From Candidatus Marinacidobacterales bacterium (GTDB lineage Bacteria; Acidobacteriota; Vicinamibacteria; Marinacidobacterales; SMYC01), in the NCBI GenBank assembly GCA_965224085.1, contig CBDCYI010000005.1:64001-128000 (forward strand): a stretch of DNA of 64,000 nt, read 5' to 3'. Under the pieces are notes generated by a model. That model saw nothing but the letters and a program-made list of their open reading frames with translations. It did no database searches and had not been told where the DNA came from. The position numbers were made by a program, and so were the translations under genes. How positions within the stretch are numbered: the first letter of the stretch is position 1; each line of letters opens with the position of its first letter. This document shows positions 57,701-64,000 of the stretch, piece after piece.

Positions 57701-60167
57701 TGGCGAACTCGTCCGCGCCGATGTCCGGGTTGGTCGCGGGGCGAAGCCCCCGCTCGAAGTCGGTGATCACGGGCAAGTTGGGATCTTGATCCAGGTCGGC
57801 GCCGTTGACCCCCCAGAGCGTCGGGGAATCGTTCAACAGATGCAGATCCTCCAAACCATTGTTGATGTTCACGAAGTAGGTAGCGTACGCGGTTTGGCCG
57901 GTCGCGCTTCCCGCCCCCGGGGCTGTTCCGTCCGAGGAGACGTTGTTGCTGCTGCTGGCGTCGAAGGGCCCGAAGAAGCTCTCGTTGCCACCGGCCGCGT
58001 TCATATCGAGCACGAGGTTGTTCCTCGCGATGACGGTGCCGAGGCTATGCCGGATCCCCCGGGCGTTGGCCCCGCTGCCACCGGCGGGGTTGTTGAGCCT
58101 GAAGATCGTGTTGTTGTGGAGGTAGAAGGTGCTTCCCGCGTCGCTTGTCCTTACGCCGTAGACATCGTCGCCCCCTGCCGTGTCGCTCTCCGACAAGTCG
58201 TAGATGACCGAGTTGGACAGCTTGACGTTGCCGCCCCAGAGGTCGAGTCCCACGACATCGTGGTTCCCCCCGAACGTCCCACCGTGGAGGTCGTGCACGA
58301 TCAGGCTGTCGAACCGAACGTCCGTCATGCCGGCATCGACCTGGAACCCGCCGAGGCTACCTACGTTGGTGATACCCGCGCCATCGACCTCGATGCCCGT
58401 GAAGCGCACGTGCTCATCCAAAACGGCGATGACGTCCAGGTCTCCGCCTGGGGATGCGATCGGCGCGATGCGACAGCCGGTTCCCGCCTTTCCGTTGTGG
58501 CGTTGGGTGGCACCGACCTCGCCGATCGAGAACGGTGCATAAAGGTGGATGTACGTGCCCGCGCCGGTGGTGTAGCCGTCGATGGTCGCGGTGTCGTCGA
58601 TGGGGCCGTCTTCGTAGCAGGTCCAGTTGAGCTGGAAGCCGTTCCCGGAAGTGAGGTCCCAGGTGCCCAGGTGGTTGGCGTCAGAGCTCTGCGCCACGGC
58701 ATCGGAGACCAGGTTGAAGGCGCGGTAGATCTCGATGTCCGAGAGTCCGAAGTTGATGTCGACGTCGCCGGGCGTGCCGGTGGCCGCCGAGTCCTGGATC
58801 GTGAACTGGGTCGAGGACATGCGGCCGCTGATGTAGTACCGATCCGCCGTCCCGCCCGGTGAGCACCCTCCACAGGGGTCAAACCGAACCTCGTCACCCA
58901 CACCGATCCGGTTGGCGGCCGCGGCGCTCAGCGTCATCACGCCACCCGTTGCGGTGGCCGTGCCCGAGTGCAGCGCCGCGGTCTCGGTCCCGATTGAGTA
59001 GTACATCGGCGGCCTGAACTCCACCACGAACCAGCCCAGGTCCGCGGTGTCGTTGGCCACCCCTCGCTCCAGCAGGAGCTGGGTGGGGCTTACGATCTGC
59101 TGGGTGAAAAAGGAGTTCCCGGCAACGGTGTCGGCGATGCGGGGCGTCTTGCCTCCCCTCTGCCAGGCGCCTCCTGCGGCGATGGAGTACGCCAGGTTCA
59201 CCGCGGGGGTGATCGGCTCGGTCCTGCTGAACTCGCCGTTCGCGAAGTTGGCGTCGCCGCGCCGGACTGTCGTCCCGTCCGTGAACTCGACCAGGTACCA
59301 GGTGAGGTTTATGAAGTAGCCGGGGTCGGGCCCGGTGACATCGCGGTCGAAGTCGAGGGTCGTGGAGTTGGTGAGCCGACCTCGAACCATGCGTGGCCCG
59401 ATTTGAAAGTTTTGGCCGTTCGCGGAGTCGTAGGTGTAGAGGAGCCACGACTTCGTGGTGTCCACGGCGGTGATGGGCCCGACGGTCTGGGACAGGGACC
59501 CCGCTCCGAGATCCGGGAAGGTGACGTTCCCGCTCTGGACGCTGGCGCTGCCGTCGGTGTACTCGACCACCTGCCACGGGACCCTCGTACTTGCGGACCC
59601 TCGCTGCACAACCAGCCTGAGGTTCGTGGTGCTCGTCAGCTCCGCCCGCACAAATTCCTTGCGAGTGAAATTGAAAGTGCTGCCGATCTTTTGGCTGATC
59701 AGGGGGAAGGAGTTCGCCAGGGTGACCGGCGCGATGGGGACGTCGACAACATCGGGGGTGGGGGCCCCATCCGGAAGGTCGGCAAAGCCGCGCTGTACCG
59801 ACACGCCGGACGAGAACTCGACCACGTACCATTGGATGGTGATGGGGGTGGTGGTCGTGGGACTGGCTCGGCTGAACTCGAGGGTGGTGCCGCCGGTGAG
59901 GATCTCGCCTGCTATCAACACGTCCTGTGGGCGGCTCACGTCAAGGCTGCGGTAGTTGAAGACGAGAAAGGCGCGGGTATCGTCCACCGGTTGGAATTGG
60001 GGGGCCGTGACCTGGATAGATTGGGAGGGGGGCCCCCCACTGAGGACGACGGTACCGGACTGCACTGACCGCACACTCGCCGCCTCGGTCGACGGGACGA
60101 GAACGGCGGCGCCGACAAGCGCCAGACAGAGGAGACGCGCTCCGTGAATGAGGTGCCTCGGAATCAT
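54707..60167 (-). pseudogene. Giant secreted modular protein (about 1800 aa) with a C-terminal C25 gingipain-like peptidase; one frameshift
   Basis: Signal peptide, four VQxG...WxVVEF repeats, beta-helix-like region, AVEL.SF...W.T.SE..N.GF module, C25 motifs YVVLLGD, GRL, YIGHGG, MNC, YNLFGDP; extra base near 55943 splits it into ORFs 55518-60227 and 54707-55930. Confidence 0.85.
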
Positions 60168-60210
60168 CGTCCGTTCTTTAGTCATCACAGCCGCCCGCCA
60201 TCGTCGGGTT

Positions 60211-60227
60211 TGCAAAGAACGCGCCAA
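60211..60227 (-). promoter_or_regulatory. sigma54-type promoter of the C25 gene
   Basis: TTGGCGCGTTCTTTGCA, near consensus; AT-rich IHF-like tract at about 60249-60275. Confidence 0.75.
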
Positions 60228-60558
60228 CGTCGTCGGTCGGACAATCTTGGTAAGTTAATGCATTTGAAAGAGTTGAGCGTGGTGAAACACGCGCGCGGAA
60301 GCGTCGTTGTGGGGAATATCCGGGCTCGACGATGGGGTTTCGCCTACATCCACCGATGCCGTGTTCGCGGGAACCTGCGCTAGCCGGGTCCATTCCTCCC
60401 GGGAACTGGTGAAAGGGAAGGCAGTCGCTTCCACTCCGCGGACGAAGCAGAAGATTTGTCTAGGTCGCGTCGGACATCCAATAGAGTGCTAAAAGGATCC
60501 GTAGCGCGTCCTGCGCGGTGTCCCCTCAGCCCCAATTGCAATCTAGAGCCACGAATCA

Positions 60559-60801
60559 TCAGTCCCTATCGATATCGTTCAAGATATTATGAATCGTGTC
60601 TGGCTGCGCGGCATAGTTGTGCGTCATGTTGGTCGTGAAGATTTCCTTTGCGGCCCGGTCGCCGGCGTCCTCGGAGGATAAGCCCTGGTTCGTAAGCGCA
60701 CGTACGCGGTCCCTCCATTTTCTAACCTGGGCAGGCGTTGGCTCGTCCTCAAAGAGGCCATACAGAATCCGAAGCTTGTGCTGCGCATCGCGAATGCTCA
60801 T
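60559..60801 (-). CDS. Hypothetical 80-aa protein (island cargo)
   Basis: Purine-rich SD (AGGAGAAAAAGG) before ATG; family not recognised. Confidence 0.65.
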   Translation of the reverse strand: MSIRDAQHKLRILYGLFEDEPTPAQVRKWRDRVRALTNQGLSSEDAGDRAAKEIFTTNMTHNYAAQPDTIHNILNDIDRD

Positions 60802-61062
60802 CCTTTTTCTCCTGTCGTCGCTTGTTTTTTGAATGCTGCATTACGACAACCTGATTTTTCAGATCGAGCGTAGGCATAGCGTAGTGAAATAAACGGCGAT
60901 TCTGGAGGAATTCTGGGGAATGCGCGGGCTGAATGCCAACGGTCGTTCCAACGCGGACCGTTTTATGGTGTTGGGAAATTTGTTGGGACTCAGGTGGCGA
61001 AACTCGGGTAAAAGCGGGGAATCAATCCCTGTTTTCAACAGGTTGCGGCTAATCCTCGTCCG

Positions 61063-61110
61063 GGACTGTTAATCCGTAGGCTGTTGGTTCGAGTCCAACC
61101 CGGGGAGCCA
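61063..61110 (+). repeat. attR: duplicated 3' part of tRNA-Asn
   Basis: GGACTGTTAATCCGTAGG...CGGGGAGCCA is identical to 54544-54591. Confidence 0.93.
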
Positions 61111-61135
61111 CACCTTTCCCCGCTTCAGCGAGAGA

Positions 61136-61800
61136 TCAAGCCTTTAGGGCGAGTCCGTGTACGTTGCTCTCTCGTAGCTCCAGAATGCCCACCGAGAGAT
61201 GTCCGAGCACCGCGCGCGCGGTCTGCTCTTCGGTGAGTGGGCTCAATGCGAAAACGGAACGTACCGGTTCCATGCCGTTGATGCGCGAGAGGATGAACGC
61301 TTCCTGCGGTTTCATCGTCACGCGCTCCATGAGCACGAAGGAGTCTTTGGTGAGCGAGAGATGACGGTCATCCTCCAGAAGCGTTTTGAGATGATTGTCG
61401 ATCGAAGGCGTTCGGCGGGCGGCCTCCATGATGATATCGAGAATGGCGACGGGCTCGACCACGACTTGGGTCACGTCGGTCGTCTTCTTGAAGGCCATCT
61501 TTTTCGGAGGTTGGATCATCACGTTCGAAGAGATTTCGAGAATTTGCATCCGAACGAAATCCTCGACTTCTTCCGACTGGATGATGTTCAGCTCTACGAG
61601 CACTTCGCCGAGGCGTCTGCCCTTCCTGGCGAAAAGGGTCGCGTCTTTCAAGTGTTGCTCGGTAATCGAACCCTGGCGCACCATCACTTCGCCCAGCCGT
61701 TCCGAGTCGTCGGAAGAGCGCGCCGACACAACACCTCCTTCTCGAAACACCACGTGGCGCGTGACCGACTCTCCCTGGCACGTCAAGATACCGGTGCGTC
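61136..61800 (-). pseudogene. DUF4388-like domain protein, 5'-truncated by IS5 copy 2
   Basis: RRTG.L......V.FR.G.VV.A.S....RLGE..VR.G.IT...RLG.VL.EL; first residues replaced by IS sequence. Confidence 0.75.
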
Positions 61801-61802
61801 GC

Positions 61803-62898
61803 TGCCTTGGTGCACAACTCGCGATCTCGGTCCACAATTGTCCTGTACTCGCGGATACGAGGTTCCCCATGAGCATTTTCAAACGCACTCAGCGGAAGTA
61901 TGTGAAGAAGGCCTATCGCGTGAGGAATTGGCGTGAATATTAGGCGGGTCTACGCAACCGCGGGAGCCTGACCGTCTGGATCTCGCTCACCGCCGGCAAG
62001 CTTGTCCACAATTGAACTGGGACGCGCCCCGGCCAAGGAGGAGGAAACCGGGCCGTCAACGCAAGTACTCGAACCACGCCATCGAGACGGCTGTCACCCT
62101 GGGCATGGTGTTTTCATCTGTCGTCTAGGCAGAGCGAGGGATTGCTGCGATCGTTGTTCGCTCTGATGAAGCTAGACAATGATGTGCCCGATCACACCAC
62201 GATCTCGAGGCGCAAGGCGAAGCTGGGTAAGGTCCCCTTCTACCAAGACAAGCAGAAGACGCCGTTGCACATCTTGATCGACAGCAGCGGTCTCGCTGTC
62301 CACGCCGGCCAGCTGCGCAGAGCACCAAATAGCAGGGACTATCGCAAGCTCCATCTGTGTGTCGACGAGCAGACTGGCGAAGTCGTCGCCGGCGAGCTGA
62401 CGAGCAAAAGAGCCCGCGATTCATCGCGGGTTGCATCGCTTGTCGGACAGAGCGACAGTCCCATCTCATCGGCCAGAGCTGACACCGCATACGACGCCAG
62501 CGGCGTCTATGAGGCAATCGAGAATCACAGCGCTCATCGCTCGCCGAGGGTGCTGATACCGCCGCGCAAGGGCGCCCAGCTCGCATCGGGGCCGGCGAGC
62601 AGCCGACAGCGCAATCGCAACATTGCAGCACAAGCTCGGCTCGGCAAACGAAAGTGGCACACAGAATCGGGCTACAGCAAACGGAGCAAAGTCGAGGCAA
62701 CGTTCCATCGCTACAAGGCTATCGTGGGCTCAGCGATGCGAGCGAGAGGGTTGGCGGCACAGAGAGTCGAGGCAAGGATCGGGTGCAAGATTCTCAACAC
62801 CATGACGGCGCTCGGGATGCCTGATAGCGAGATGATCGGATGATGGGAGTCGGGGCCAAGCGAGCTCTCGGCCTCTATCGGAGTTGTGCACCAAGGCA
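61803..62898 (+). mobile_element. IS5-family (IS903-like) element, copy 2, inverted relative to copy 1, transposase inactivated
   Basis: Same 18-bp inverted repeats; TAG at 61941-61943, 8-bp insertion near 62006, +1 T near 62111. Confidence 0.93.
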
Positions 62899-63040
62899 GC
62901 TCACAGGCGCAAGATGAGTGTCTGTCGGGCTCGAATCGGACATTTTGACTTTCATCTCACCAAGTTGTTTTTGGATGCTCCTGTGTCGGCTCAAAGCGTA
63001 TAAGAAACAGTAGAGTATAATTAATTACCGAGGTGAGAGG

Positions 63041-63277
63041 ATGATCGAGAAATTCAAGAGCTACTGCATGAAGCTCGAAGCACTTCCCCATGACGCGCTC
63101 GTTCGGTCCGCCGAGAAGCTGGTTCTCGCGGAGAACACGAACATTGCCAAGCTCATTGCGCATCTCGCCGAGATGTCGGCGCGGAAGACCGCGCTCGAGC
63201 TCGGCTACAAGAGTCTCTACCAATACTGCATAAAGCACCTGAACTTGAGCGAGGGCGCCGTGCCAGCACGCATACAA
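63041..63277 (+). pseudogene. N-terminal fragment of a DUF222/HNH-endonuclease-like protein
   Basis: LIAHLAEM..R....LGY.SLY.YC...L.LSEG....RI; similarity stops at 63277, where the ORF runs into antisense ParB-like sequence. Confidence 0.65.
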
Positions 63278-64000
63278 GATGGGGTTGACGTCGATGCTGA
63301 CGGCGCGCTTGGAGGGCGCTCTGCGTTCCCAGGGGGCTTGGGGCGCTTTCGGATGGACGGCTCGAAAACAGGCTTCGGCCTCAATGTCACCACATACTCC
63401 TCGGTCTTCGTCTTCGGAGTGCTCGAGTACGGACTTCAAAATTCGCGCGGCGTCGAAGGACCGGCGGATGAGCGGTGGATCGGTTGCCAGAAGCAGCAGT
63501 CCGTGGAGAAGCCGCTCCGATTTCATGGCTTCGGCGCGGATGAGCGCGACGGCGACATGGTCGCGAAGCGGCCGTTCAGGCTGTTCCAAAAGGGAAAGCG
63601 TCGAGACGATCGTCTGAAGGCTCGACTCGAGCATGGAGCTCGCGGAGGCGCCGAGGGGCTGCTCCGACACACTGGAGGGCTGCGGGCCGCTGGTCCGGCG
63701 GTTGGCGGCTTCGGCCAGACGGCGCGCTTCGACATCGTCCACCTCGTGAACGAGGCAGGGCACCTCTTTCAGACCAGCATCGAGGGCAGCCGTTAGCCGT
63801 TTCGACCCCGCGAGCAGCTCATAGCGTCCGTGACGACGCCGAACTAGAAGCGGTTGGAGGATACCATAAGCTTGAATCGAATCTACGAGGCCGACGAGAC
63901 TTTCCGTGCTGGTCGTAGCCCCCTCGATCTCGCTCGCCGCCACGAGCCGGAGCTGCGGCATGCTTCCCGCGGCGACGAGCTCGTCGACAAAGTGTTCGTC
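63278..64000 (-). pseudogene. ParB N-terminal-domain protein; 5' end beyond window, 3' end disrupted
   Basis: DEHFVDEL..., L..SI...GILQPLLVR...YELLAG..RL.AA..AGL.EVPC; the tail reads into the HNH fragment. Confidence 0.7.

Larger units (their letters stand above)
54544..61110. mobile_element. tRNA-Asn-integrated island remnant without integrase
   Basis: Perfect 48-bp direct repeat at 54544-54591 and 61063-61110. Confidence 0.85.

Noticed and set aside
61063-61110. Second tRNA-Asn gene
   Set aside because: Lacks the 5' acceptor strand and D-arm; it is the att duplication
1-64000. CRISPR array, cas genes or rRNA
   Set aside because: No regularly spaced repeats, cas motifs or rRNA-like sequence seen
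1-64000. Very frequent CTCGAG/GAGCTC palindromes as a HIP-like signal
   Set aside because: Largely explained by Leu(CTC)-Glu(GAG) codon preference; needs a codon-controlled count that I cannot run

Overview
GC-rich bacterial chromosomal window. Gene content and order suggest Acidobacteriota, possibly Vicinamibacteria-like (inference, not tested). An intact housekeeping backbone (gatA 3' end, thiL, 6S RNA, zapA/zapB, rplT-rpmI-infC-thrS, tRNA-Val, degP, suhB, aroA/aroK, RNase E/G, mreBCD-mrdA-rodA, ppiD, a TolC/MacAB-type exporter, lpxD, moeA/moaC, larE, tatA, mglA, tRNA-Asn) is interleaved with six IS copies: one IS630, three IS200/IS605 tnpA-only and two IS5/IS903-like. About ten accessory genes are broken by nonsense, frameshift, deletion or IS truncation. 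Main findings: (1) selective erosion of motility, signalling and surface genes; (2) both IS903-like copies donate the same outward-reading 28-aa leader in frame to the host genes they truncate (mglB and a DUF4388-like gene); (3) a 6.5 kb integrase-less island at tRNA-Asn (48-bp att repeat) carrying a giant modular C25 gingipain-like protein behind a sigma54-type promoter; (4) a palindromic intergenic repeat hit by two different IS families. No CRISPR array or rRNA was seen.
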